From positions 257 to 64,256 of IMG/VR virus record IMGVR_UViG_3300037762_000038: DNA of 64,000 nt. One strand, given 5' to 3'. The notes beneath the pieces are model-generated. The model was not told where the DNA came from. It saw nothing but the letters and a program-made list of their open reading frames with translations, and ran no database searches. Origin of the DNA: a virus. Positions 35,333-43,489 of this stretch are shown piece by piece (the first letter of the stretch is position 1; each line of letters begins with the position of its first letter). The translations under genes were made by a program, and so were the position numbers.

Positions 35333-35530
35333 GCGCCTGTCCCGGCTCTTACTTCGGCGCTATCCGCGAGCACCCTGTTACGCGAGCGGGGGAGTGCCAG
35401 TCCTGCGGGCGGCGCTTCGACCGCGCGGACATGGCGGGCACGGACAAGCGCAACGTGCCGCTGCATTCGCCCCGATGGGTCAAGGAATGGACGGGCGCAT
35501 AGCGCGGACCTGAAAACCGGGCGAACCGTG

Positions 35531-35555
35531 GGGCTAGAGGTGCCACCTCTAGCCC
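35531..35555 (+). terminator. perfect hairpin GGGCTAGAGGTG-CC-CACCTCTAGCCC (terminator or RNA processing site)
   Basis: 12-bp perfect stem. No U-tract follows. Separates the early small-ORF block from the next promoter. Confidence 0.35.
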
Positions 35556-35563
35556 GTGCGGTG

Positions 35564-35593
35564 TTAAGACCCTGTTAACGACTATGGTATAAT
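35564..35593 (+). promoter_or_regulatory. sigma70-like promoter TTAAGA-N18-TATAAT
   Basis: Consensus -10 TATAAT 25 nt upstream of the 35618 start, preceded by a hairpin. Confidence 0.45.
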
Positions 35594-35617
35594 GGTCGTT
35601 TCGAGGAGGTCCAACGC

Positions 35618-35890
35618 ATGGCATTTAAACGACTGACGCGACCGCAACGCGAAGCGATGAAGGCACTCCGCGAGCTAGGCGGCGAAATGATGGTGACCCC
35701 GCAGGACGCCCGCTCCCTAGCTGTACTGAAGCGGCGCGGGCTCGTGCGATACCGGCGGGACGAGCACGGCGTGCGGCTCGTGGCGCTGCGGGAGACAACT
35801 GCACAGGCACGTGCACGCAGGCGCGAGGAGCGGCTGTACGGGAACCTCAGCCGCTGGCTGCGCCACGAGGTAGCGACTGGACGGCGTTAA
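35618..35890 (+). CDS. small basic protein, possible winged-helix DNA-binding (90 aa)
   Basis: GAGGAGG RBS. Preceded by a perfect hairpin and a TTAAGA-N18-TATAAT promoter. Confidence 0.5.
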   Translation: MAFKRLTRPQREAMKALRELGGEMMVTPQDARSLAVLKRRGLVRYRRDEHGVRLVALRETTAQARARRREERLYGNLSRWLRHEVATGRR

Positions 35891-35898
35891 CAAGGTGC

Positions 35899-35927
35899 TT
35901 GACAAGCGCCCCGAGCACGTTTAAAGT
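35899..35927 (+). promoter_or_regulatory. sigma70-like promoter GCTTGACA-N17-TAAAGT
   Basis: Member of a family of six GCTTGACA promoters. Sits upstream of the SprT-like gene. Confidence 0.45.
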
Positions 35928-35966
35928 GCCGGGGCGTTTCCATTTAAACCATAGGAGAAACTGAAT

Positions 35967-36569
35967 ATGAAAGCGAAGCACGAGACACGCGAAGAATGGC
36001 TCAACGAGGCGGTAGACCTGCTCCGGCCCATCTTCAAGGCCCGGGCCAAGGTGTCGCTGCCGAAGGATATCCGCATTAGCTGCGGCTGGACGAGCAGCGG
36101 CAAGCGCGGCCGGGCCATCGGCGAGTGCTGGTCGAAGAAATCCAGCGCCGACGGGCATATCGAGATGTTCATTTCGCCGAGGCTCGACGATCTGATCGAC
36201 GTGCTACAGGTGACCACGCACGAGTGCGTGCACGCGGGAGTCGGGCTCGAAGCGAAGCACGGGCCCATCTTCAAGGCGGCGGCGCACGCGATGGGGCTCG
36301 AAGGCAAGATGAAGGCGACGGTCGCGGGCGAGGCGTTTAAAGCAGAGGTCGCCAAGCCGGTCCTCGCTAAGCTGGGAGCGTACCCGCACGCCGCGCTGTC
36401 CGGAGGCATGTCGTCCGGTCCGAAGAAGCAGGCCACGCGGCTGATCAAGGTGTGGTGCCCGTCCTGCGAGTACACCGCCCGGATCACGCAGAAGTGGATC
36501 GATGTTGCGCTGCCGACCTGCCCGAACGAGGAGTGCGAGGCGCACGGCGACGACATGGAGGTGGGGTAG
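35967..36569 (+). CDS. SprT-like zinc metallopeptidase-domain protein with C-terminal zinc ribbon (200 aa)
   Basis: HECVH (HExxH) motif mid-protein. C-terminal CPSC...CPNEEC zinc ribbon. This architecture matches the SprT/Wss1-like zincin fold. Confidence 0.55.
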   Translation: MKAKHETREEWLNEAVDLLRPIFKARAKVSLPKDIRISCGWTSSGKRGRAIGECWSKKSSADGHIEMFISPRLDDLIDVLQVTTHECVHAGVGLEAKHGPIFKAAAHAMGLEGKMKATVAGEAFKAEVAKPVLAKLGAYPHAALSGGMSSGPKKQATRLIKVWCPSCEYTARITQKWIDVALPTCPNEECEAHGDDMEVG

Positions 36570-36598
36570 TTGACACGCGGCCCGGGTGCAGCTAGACT
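36570..36598 (+). promoter_or_regulatory. sigma70-like promoter TTGACA-N17-TAGACT
   Basis: Consensus -35 with 17-nt spacer. Upstream of the 36637 gene. Confidence 0.5.
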
Positions 36599-36636
36599 CG
36601 GGCCGCTTTCTTTCCCTTAACAGAGGAGACACGAGC

Positions 36637-37005
36637 ATGGAAACCGGATGGACCACTATCGAAAAGCACTCGCGCAGCGGCTGGCACGCGGGGACGTACT
36701 ACGACTTCGACGGCGACCGCAAGCTGAGCCTGCACACCAGAAAGGACGCGCGCGGCGGGATCAGCACGTTCGCCAGCGTGGCTCTGCACAAGGACGGCTT
36801 CACGACGCACGCCCTTTTTCAGGACTACGGCAAGACAGTCCTCCAGTCCGGCAACAAGGCAACCGAGAAGGCGGTGACCACGCTGCACGCCGAGGCGCAG
36901 GCCCTGCTCCCCAGCATCATCGCGGACGCGAAGGCGCACTACGCGGCGAAGGGCGGCTACTGGCCGCGCGAGGTCGCGACCGTGCGGCCGGAGGCGGCGG
37001 TATGA
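36637..37005 (+). CDS. hypothetical protein (122 aa)
   Basis: AGAGGAG RBS. Follows a TTGACA-N17-TAGACT promoter. Confidence 0.5.
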   Translation: METGWTTIEKHSRSGWHAGTYYDFDGDRKLSLHTRKDARGGISTFASVALHKDGFTTHALFQDYGKTVLQSGNKATEKAVTTLHAEAQALLPSIIADAKAHYAAKGGYWPREVATVRPEAAV

Positions 37006-37175
37006 AGCCGACCCTTGAGCAGTACCGCGCGGCGGCTCGTCGCCTGTATCACGAGGAGGGGAGCGTGGAGGTGGACGAGCGCGCCCGGGTGTCTGAGCGC
37101 GCGGCTGGAGGCGACGCAGGCCGATACGTGCAGGCGTGGGTGTGGGTGGCCGACGACGAGGCGGGTGACCTTTAA
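37002..37175 (+). CDS. hypothetical small protein (57 aa)
   Basis: ATGA-coupled to the upstream gene. Weak support only. Confidence 0.3.
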   Translation: MKPTLEQYRAAARRLYHEEGSVEVDERARVSERAAGGDAGRYVQAWVWVADDEAGDL

Positions 37176-37374
37176 ACGTCCTCGCCGTCAACGCAGGGCA
37201 GCGCGCCGCCGCGCTAAGGTGGACGCTGCCCTGCGTGCCAAGTCGCAGAAGCTCCGGGCCCGCCTGCCAGTGCGCGAACGGCACCTCGCCCGGATCAAGC
37301 ATGAGCGCCGCATGCGAGCCCACGCCACGAGCGGGCGCTCGTTCCCTTACAACTGGGCATGGAATTAGGAGGCT

Positions 37375-37402
37375 TGACAACCGCACAGTTAAGCCTTAGC
37401 AT
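37375..37402 (+). promoter_or_regulatory. sigma70-like promoter GCTTGACA-N16-TAGCAT
   Basis: Shares GCTTGACA..CTTAGCAT with the promoter at 39260. Drives the acidic early gene. Confidence 0.5.
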
Positions 37403-37522
37403 GCGCGGTCGGGTCGGAACTGAACTCGGTAAGGGGTCGCCAGCCAAGGGAACCTTTCAGTAGGGCGCTGGCCGAAGGAGCACGTAGCCGCCCACCCGTC
37501 TTTTAATTGAACAGGAGGACAC

Positions 37523-38110
37523 ATGGCACGCGCAACGCACGTTAAGGCGGCACGCCGCCGGTACTCGGAGGACGAAACCGGTATCGACGGCGGGATCAAG
37601 AAAGGCCAGTCGTACTACTGGTGGAAGTTCAAGCGAGGCGGCAAGCGCTTCAGCTTGACCCCGCCGAGGGCGTCGCAGCTTACACAGTCCGCCTTCTACG
37701 GCACGCTGGCCGACCTTCAGGACCGGATCAACGCGCTGGAGCCGAACGAGTCCCTCGTGGACGAGGTGCCGTCCCTCTCCGAGGCGTTGCAGGAGCTAGG
37801 CGAGGAGTGCCAGTCGAGTCTCGACAACATGCCCGAGGGCCTGCAACAAGGGCCGACCGGCGAGCTACTGCAAGAGCGCATCGACGCGTGCCAAGGGGCA
37901 GCAGATGAACTCGACGGCATCGACCTCGAAGCGCCCGAGCCGGAGGAATTCGAGACACCCGAGCGCGAGGACAGCGAGAGCGACGAGGAGTTTGACCTGC
38001 GCGTCGCCGACGAGCGCAAAGACCACGAGGAGGATCAGGCGCGCGTGATCGAGGAGCACTGGGAGTCGGTGCTCGACGAAGTGAGCGGCGTGGACCTGAG
38101 CATCGGCTAA
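37523..38110 (+). CDS. early protein with basic N-terminus and strongly acidic C-terminal half (195 aa); DNA-mimic / anti-restriction candidate
   Basis: Strong promoter (TTGACA-N16-TAGCAT) plus the conserved leader TTAATTGAACAGGAGGAC. C-terminal 110 aa are more than 35% Asp/Glu. Confidence 0.6.
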   Translation: MARATHVKAARRRYSEDETGIDGGIKKGQSYYWWKFKRGGKRFSLTPPRASQLTQSAFYGTLADLQDRINALEPNESLVDEVPSLSEALQELGEECQSSLDNMPEGLQQGPTGELLQERIDACQGAADELDGIDLEAPEPEEFETPEREDSESDEEFDLRVADERKDHEEDQARVIEEHWESVLDEVSGVDLSIG

Positions 38111-38276
38111 TGGCACGTAACGATCCAGCCCTCGCTAAGCGTTACCCGCACGTGTGGAGTCCGTTCCTCCTGTGCCGGTACTGCAAAACCACGCCGAAGG
38201 ATGCACAGCGCATTCAGCCTGAAAGCGGGGGCGTGGGTCCGTGTCCGCTGTATCCAACTCTTAAACCGGAGGACAG

Positions 38277-38516
38277 ATGAAACCTGATATCGTCACGCTT
38301 CTCGACTACTACGCCGCGCACGCACCGGCTACTCCGCTGTGGGACTTCCCCGTGCGCGGGTACGAGGAGCGGCCCAAGGTGTTGCACGAGGAGGGCGAGT
38401 GCATTAACTTAGCTGAAATCAACGCCTTCGATCAAGGGCGACGCGACGCGAAGGCCCGGCAGTGGCCGTTCGTGTGGGCCAACGCCATGCTCGACGAAAG
38501 TCTCAACCACATCTAG
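38277..38516 (+). CDS. hypothetical protein (79 aa)
   Basis: GGAGGA RBS. Confidence 0.5.
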   Translation: MKPDIVTLLDYYAAHAPATPLWDFPVRGYEERPKVLHEEGECINLAEINAFDQGRRDAKARQWPFVWANAMLDESLNHI

Positions 38517-38524
38517 GGAGGACC

Positions 38525-38758
38525 ATGCACATCGAGATTGCACGTGATTTAAACGCCCTCGGCACCATCCGCTATGACGTGAGCGCGGCTGGGCGCACGT
38601 CTCACGGCTTTCGCCGCACGGCCAACGAGGCACGGCAGGCGGCGCAGGAGGACGGCGGCTACATGTACCTCTTTGCCCGCGCCGAGCGCGAGGAGGAGCC
38701 GGTCGCCGAGCGCAAGCCGCTGCCGCGCCGACTGCGTGAGAAGCGGGGGTCCGAATGA
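38525..38758 (+). CDS. hypothetical protein (77 aa)
   Basis: GGGAGGA RBS. Confidence 0.45.
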   Translation: MHIEIARDLNALGTIRYDVSAAGRTSHGFRRTANEARQAAQEDGGYMYLFARAEREEEPVAERKPLPRRLREKRGSE

Positions 38759-38994
38759 GCTTCGAGATCGGGCTGAAGTTTCACCCGCACCACAAGAATC
38801 CCGCGCGCCTGTATGGGCATGGGGTGTATCGTGTGGTGTCCTGCCAGTACACGCCGCCCGTTGACCCGCTGATCCGCGTGCTCCGAGGCGGGGAGTTCCT
38901 CGGTGAAGAACTGCCGACGCTCCTGTTCCTGCGCACCGAGCGCCGATACAAAGTGCGCTCGCGCGTGGACCCGCGCAGGGTGCTGGGCGTATGA
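38755..38994 (+). CDS. hypothetical protein (79 aa)
   Basis: ATGA overlap with the upstream gene. Confidence 0.45.
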   Translation: MSFEIGLKFHPHHKNPARLYGHGVYRVVSCQYTPPVDPLIRVLRGGEFLGEELPTLLFLRTERRYKVRSRVDPRRVLGV

Positions 38995-39263
38995 GGTTCA
39001 CCACCTCCAGCATCACGACTCGCGGCACGCCGCGTAAGGTCTCGGGGCCGCTGTTCCAGATGCTCGTTGAGAACTTCAACCGCAATGGGTGCAGCGGCCC
39101 ACACTCCCCGCTGGGGGTGACGCTGGCCCCGCTGCTGAACTACCTCGTCAAGCACAGCATCCCCTTCCGCCTGATCTACGACCCGGAACTGCACTCTTAC
39201 GTGGTGTACAAAGGGACAGGGTATTTAAACGACACGAAGGGGGTCGCTACTCGGAGCGCTTGA
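38991..39263 (+). CDS. hypothetical protein (90 aa)
   Basis: ATGA overlap with the upstream gene. Confidence 0.45.
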   Translation: MRFTTSSITTRGTPRKVSGPLFQMLVENFNRNGCSGPHSPLGVTLAPLLNYLVKHSIPFRLIYDPELHSYVVYKGTGYLNDTKGVATRSA

Positions 39264-39289
39264 CAGCCCCACAGGCTTAGCATTACACT
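39260..39289 (+). promoter_or_regulatory. sigma70-like promoter GCTTGACA ... CTTAGCATTACACT
   Basis: Consensus -35. The -10 is either TAGCAT (short spacer) or TACACT (18-nt spacer). Upstream of the small basic protein gene. Confidence 0.45.
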
Positions 39290-39334
39290 CTCGGGGCTAG
39301 TACACTTAACCCTTAACTGAACAGGAGGACCACC

Positions 39335-39511
39335 ATGACCATCAAGAAAACGCTCAGGGCACAGATCAGCGGCATCCGCAAGGGCCGCAAGATCGTCGTG
39401 AAGGCGAACCGCAACGTCGCCGCCGTGACCGCGCACCGCGCGCTCGGCCGTGGCAAGTACGCGGTGTCGTCGCTCAGCAAGACGCAGACCGAAGTCCGCC
39501 GTCTCGGGTGA
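39335..39511 (+). CDS. small highly basic protein (58 aa), possible nucleic-acid binding
   Basis: Strong promoter (TTGACA at 39260) and the conserved leader TTAACTGAACAGGAGGAC. Lys/Arg-rich. Confidence 0.45.
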   Translation: MTIKKTLRAQISGIRKGRKIVVKANRNVAAVTAHRALGRGKYAVSSLSKTQTEVRRLG

Positions 39512-39629
39512 AGCACCCGACGCAGAGGATGCAGGAGCGGGCGTGGGCCCGCCATGTGAAGGCGCTCGATGCACTGGAGCGCCGCCGCCAGCGCCGCCGT
39601 CGCGCGGAGCACAACATGGGAGGGAAGCA

Positions 39630-40103
39630 ATGACCCGAGCCATCAAAGCCTTTCTCGCTGCTGCCCTGATCTTCGGCGCGTGGTCTTACGCGCGCCCAGC
39701 ACAGGCAGCGGGCTTGTGCCCTGACTGGTGGGGCACGATGCCACTCACCTCGTACCACTTCGACCGCAGGCGCAGCAACGGCGAGCGGTGGAACGAGGCG
39801 AACCTCGGCATCGGTATCGAATGCAAGGCAGCGAAGGGCTTGCGCTTGGGCGGCGGCTACTACCCGAACAGCAAGAAGGAGGACACGTTCTTTCTCGGCG
39901 TGATCGCCACACCGTGGGAGTGGAAGCGATGGGAGTGGGGCGGGTCCTTCATGCTGGGTACCGGCTACAGCGAGAAGGTGCTGTTCTCCGGCCTGCCGAC
40001 CGGCGCTGCCGTGCGGGAGTTCGACGGGGAATGGAAGGGCTGGGGTGTCACTGTCCTGATCGCCACGAGTGCAGTGGCTCTCAAGCTGAACCGAGATTTC
40101 TGA
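39630..40103 (+). CDS. secreted small beta-barrel outer-membrane-like protein (157 aa)
   Basis: N-terminal signal peptide (cleavage near AQA-AG). Alternating amphipathic beta-strand pattern. C-terminal aromatic residue (…KLNRDF), as in OMP beta-barrels (Lom/Ail/PagL-like class). Confidence 0.5.
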   Translation: MTRAIKAFLAAALIFGAWSYARPAQAAGLCPDWWGTMPLTSYHFDRRRSNGERWNEANLGIGIECKAAKGLRLGGGYYPNSKKEDTFFLGVIATPWEWKRWEWGGSFMLGTGYSEKVLFSGLPTGAAVREFDGEWKGWGVTVLIATSAVALKLNRDF

Positions 40104-40288
40104 TGGGCCGAGGTACGGGCCAGCACAAGGCGGTGCTTAACGTGCGGCTTCCCGTGGAGGAGCGCGATGCGTTGCTCGCTCTCGCTGCGGCCCGAGGGCA
40201 GTCGCCCTCCGAGTTCGTGAGGCAGGCTTTAAACGCAGTGCTGGGTGCGCTGCGCTCTCAATCAACCGACAAGAAGGAGGCACCATGA
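40103..40288 (+). CDS. ribbon-helix-helix (CopG/Arc-like) DNA-binding regulator (61 aa)
   Basis: VLNVRLPVEERDALLALAAARGQSPSEFVRQAL matches the RHH beta-strand plus two-helix signature. Confidence 0.6.
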   Translation: MGRGTGQHKAVLNVRLPVEERDALLALAAARGQSPSEFVRQALNAVLGALRSQSTDKKEAP

Positions 40289-40911
40289 CCTATCACCGCA
40301 AGCCCATCCGGGGACTCCCGAAGGGAAGATTCTTCGGGCCCCTCGTTGATGCGGCGAAGCTGAACGGCTTCGACCTGAACCTGCCCCTCGAAACCATCGA
40401 CGGGGACGAGGTAATCGTGCTCACCGTGGACGAGGGACATCCATACCCCATCGTGGGCGAGGTGCATGACTACAACGCGAACGTCGGCTGGCTCGCCCGC
40501 TGGCGCGAGACGGGGAGCTATCGCGGCACGCTCGCGGCAGCGATGAAGCACTCGCTGTATTACAACACTGAGGGGCCCATCGCGCGCGCTTACATCAAGG
40601 AGCGGGCCCCGCGTATGATCCAGTTCGGCGGTGCGCGCCCCGCCGGCAAATCGTGGCTCTCCACTGCCATTCGAGCGGCAGCGGAACGCGTGAAACTGAA
40701 GAACGACCTGAGCAAGGTGTACTCGGCGGCGCTCGCCGACCACTCAGCGCAACATGTGGCGGCGGTCGCCTTCCACATTAACCGGCTGCTCGACGAGGGG
40801 CGGGTGAGCTTTTCTCAAGGGCTCGTGGATTTCGAGACGCTCGCGTACGTGGTTCGGCTCGCAAACGATCCCACCGTTAAGATCGGCATCCGTGGGGACT
40901 TCATCAAGTGA
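40285..40911 (+). CDS. hypothetical protein (208 aa)
   Basis: ORF coupled to the upstream gene, with an AAGGAGG RBS. Confidence 0.55.
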   Translation: MTYHRKPIRGLPKGRFFGPLVDAAKLNGFDLNLPLETIDGDEVIVLTVDEGHPYPIVGEVHDYNANVGWLARWRETGSYRGTLAAAMKHSLYYNTEGPIARAYIKERAPRMIQFGGARPAGKSWLSTAIRAAAERVKLKNDLSKVYSAALADHSAQHVAAVAFHINRLLDEGRVSFSQGLVDFETLAYVVRLANDPTVKIGIRGDFIK

Positions 40912-41387
40912 ACGCCAAGCTCGCAAAGATGCTTCGCGGCCCCGCCCAGTACCGCAACCAGTCGGCCACACCCGGGGTCACGCCGTTCCCGGGGATCATG
41001 CGCATGTACCGCCACCCGGTGTACAGCACGCGCATCACGACGAAGACTTCGTTCATCCGCCTGCCGATGGAGGACAAGGTGACGAAGGTGTTTACACGTG
41101 TTCGTCACATGGTCGTGGATCGCTGGGGCAAGCCCATCGTGGAGATGGTGACACACTCCCCCGGCACCCTGCCGGTGGCCTTTGGCGACGACGGCAAGCC
41201 GACCGAGTTCAACAAGCACGTAGTGGTACAGCCGAAGGAGCAGGTGGTGCCGGTGACGAAGCCGGTGCGGCTCGACCCGACGTGCGCGAAGGCGAAGTAC
41301 CGGGCGCTCAAGCGCCTTGGCCGGAAGGGGCTGCTGATTCAGACCGGCGCAGCCATCATCGACTCACTCAAGGAGGTGCCAGCATGA
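40908..41387 (+). CDS. hypothetical protein (159 aa)
   Basis: ATGA-coupled ORF. Confidence 0.55.
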   Translation: MNAKLAKMLRGPAQYRNQSATPGVTPFPGIMRMYRHPVYSTRITTKTSFIRLPMEDKVTKVFTRVRHMVVDRWGKPIVEMVTHSPGTLPVAFGDDGKPTEFNKHVVVQPKEQVVPVTKPVRLDPTCAKAKYRALKRLGRKGLLIQTGAAIIDSLKEVPA

Positions 41388-42199
41388 AATCATTCCTCAA
41401 GGGTCTGCGCAATGTGATCATCTTCATCGTGCTCCTGATCGGCCTGATGTACGCGGTCGCGCAAAGCGGACGGTACGATTACACTGCGCCGCGCTCGACT
41501 GTGCACGCGATCTACGGTGATGCCGAGGTGAAGTCGAGCCAAGGCTCCGGTGTGATGATCGCCCCCCGTCTGATGCTCACGGTGACACACGGCATGCTCG
41601 ACCAGCCCGTCTTCGTGGGCGATCTGCGCGTGCCGGCCAAGGTGCTCAGGACCGACAAGGAGAAAGACCTCGCACTCCTTCTCGTGGCAATGGATTGCCC
41701 CTGCGCCCGTATCGCACTGGCTGCTCCCGAGATCGATGACCGCGTGCTCGCCATCGGCTACCCGATGAATTCGATCACGCGGATGCAAGTGCTCAGCGAA
41801 GGGCGATACCAAGGGGTCAGACCGGATTCCTTGGTCGCTGCCATTTCGGCTCCGCTCGCGTCTGGTAACTCAGGCGGCGGCGTATTCGCATGGGATGGGG
41901 TGAGGTGGGCCCTGATCGGGATTGCCAGCGGCGTGACGGTGGTTCGGCTTCCTCCCTATGGGGACATGAGCATGCTCCCTCACTTGGGCTCCGCCGTGAG
42001 CACCGCGGCCGTACGGACATTCCTGAACGTGGGCCCCTCTCTACTCGAACTGAACAATCTTACGCCGGAGAAGATCGTGAACACCACGCCTGCTGCGACG
42101 GTCGAGGATGGTGAATCCGCATCATGGGCCGGCCTCGCTCGGGACCTCGCCGAGATTCAGCGGCTGATCGAGGAACACGCCCAGCGTAAGGGGTACTGA
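41384..42199 (+). CDS. membrane-anchored trypsin-like (S1) serine protease (271 aa)
   Basis: N-terminal TM helix (IIFIVLLIGLMYAV). Catalytic triad candidates: TVTHGM (His), DLALLLV (Asp), GNSGGGVF (Ser, GDSGG-like). Confidence 0.7.
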   Translation: MKSFLKGLRNVIIFIVLLIGLMYAVAQSGRYDYTAPRSTVHAIYGDAEVKSSQGSGVMIAPRLMLTVTHGMLDQPVFVGDLRVPAKVLRTDKEKDLALLLVAMDCPCARIALAAPEIDDRVLAIGYPMNSITRMQVLSEGRYQGVRPDSLVAAISAPLASGNSGGGVFAWDGVRWALIGIASGVTVVRLPPYGDMSMLPHLGSAVSTAAVRTFLNVGPSLLELNNLTPEKIVNTTPAATVEDGESASWAGLARDLAEIQRLIEEHAQRKGY

Positions 42200-42585
42200 T
42201 GCTCGCTGAGGCCGCACTGTGCATGGCGCTGACGGTGTACCACGAGGCCGGGGGCGAGCCCTACGTGGGGCGGGAGGCCGTCGCGCATGTGCTTCACAAC
42301 CGCGCTAAGAAGTACGGCACGAGCATCTGCTGGGAGGCGTTCAGATACAAGCAATTCTCGTGGACGCTGTACCCGTCCAAGCTGGAGCGCCTTCCGAAGG
42401 GGCCCGCATGGGAGGACTCGAAGCGCGTCGCCCAGCGGGTGCTGTCCGACACCTCGGACTTCACGGGCGGGGCTGATCACTTCCATACCGTCGGCCTCAC
42501 GCCGAGGCCGTACTGGGTGACGCCGAAACTGGAAGTAGCGGGCCAGTGGGGGGACCACATCTTCTACCGCCCTCGGCGCAAGTGA
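42199..42585 (+). CDS. SleB/CwlJ-like cell wall hydrolase (Hydrolase_2 family), endolysin candidate (128 aa)
   Basis: Conserved YHEAGGEP...VAHVLHNR...YKQFSW motifs of the SleB-like catalytic domain. Confidence 0.65.
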   Translation: MLAEAALCMALTVYHEAGGEPYVGREAVAHVLHNRAKKYGTSICWEAFRYKQFSWTLYPSKLERLPKGPAWEDSKRVAQRVLSDTSDFTGGADHFHTVGLTPRPYWVTPKLEVAGQWGDHIFYRPRRK

Positions 42586-42821
42586 GGTATACTGCCGCCC
42601 TTGTTCTGCTTCTCGCCGGCTGCGCCACGCTCGATGCGGGGCCCCGGCGGACCGCAGAGAACACGTGTAACTTCCTGTTCCTCGCCGCCGTACCGGTAGC
42701 GGGGGCTGTACTCGCCGCCCTGTGCACGTTCGGCGTCGAGGAGATACCAGAGGAGAACGAAGATGTTTCAGGCAATCGTAGAAGCCCTAGCTCATTGGCG
42801 CGACCGACTCGCCCTCGCTGA
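42582..42821 (+). CDS. small membrane protein with two hydrophobic segments and a lipobox-like LLAGC (79 aa); holin-like, or the N-terminal anchor of the downstream SPFH protein
   Basis: GTG start. TM1 ALVLLLAGC and TM2 FLFLAAVPVAGAVLAALCTF. Overlaps the next gene by 59 nt in another frame. Confidence 0.4.
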   Translation: MRYTAALVLLLAGCATLDAGPRRTAENTCNFLFLAAVPVAGAVLAALCTFGVEEIPEENEDVSGNRRSPSSLARPTRPR

Positions 42822-43314
42822 GATCATCGACGCCTATGAGCACGGCGTCGTTCTCCGCTGGGGGAAATACCATCGCACGCTGGGGCCCGGGTACCACTGG
42901 AAATGGCCTGTAGCCGAACTCGTGGTGCAGGTGATCACGTGCGACCGCACCATGCATCTCCCGGCGCAGCCGCTGACCACCCTCGATGACAAGTCGGTGA
43001 GCGTGGGAGCGGCGGTTAAGTATTCCATCATCAATCCCGAGAAGTTCGTGACGCAGGTGTGGGATCAGCACGACGTGCTCGCTGACGTAACGATGGGAGC
43101 GGTGTGCAAGGTGATTAACAACACCACGTACTCCGCGCTTGTGCATGAGACCCCCGTGGGGGAGATCACGCCCGAGGACAAGGTGCTGGAGCGGGTGCGC
43201 AACAAGGTAACAGCCAAGTACGGCTTCAAGGTGCACGAGATCACCTTCATCGCCTTCGCTCGGTCGCACGCTATCCACCTCGTGCAGCCGCTTCCCAAGG
43301 ACATCGAGAACTAG
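42763..43314 (+). CDS. SPFH / band-7 (stomatin-prohibitin-flotillin-HflK/C) domain protein (183 aa)
   Basis: HGVVLRWGKYHRTLGPGYHWKWPV...VITCDRTMHLPAQPLTTLDDKSVSVGAAVKYSIINPEKFV matches the SPFH domain core pattern. No TM segment in this frame. Confidence 0.7.
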   Translation: MFQAIVEALAHWRDRLALAEIIDAYEHGVVLRWGKYHRTLGPGYHWKWPVAELVVQVITCDRTMHLPAQPLTTLDDKSVSVGAAVKYSIINPEKFVTQVWDQHDVLADVTMGAVCKVINNTTYSALVHETPVGEITPEDKVLERVRNKVTAKYGFKVHEITFIAFARSHAIHLVQPLPKDIEN

Positions 43315-43315
43315 C

Positions 43316-43489
43316 ATGAGCCGAGATTGGTTCAAAGGCATGTGCAAATTTATGGTTAGCGACAGCGCTAGTCATATCGTCGGTAAGCGCCCATGCTCGC
43401 GTAAGCCGGTGAAGGATGACCTGTGTGCTTTCCATCAGCCCGAGAAGGTCAAGGCGCGCTACGACAAACTTCTTGCGAGACATCGCTGA
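43316..43489 (+). CDS. hypothetical small protein (57 aa)
   Basis: ATGA-coupled to the DNA polymerase start. Weak support. Confidence 0.3.
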   Translation: MSRDWFKGMCKFMVSDSASHIVGKRPCSRKPVKDDLCAFHQPEKVKARYDKLLARHR

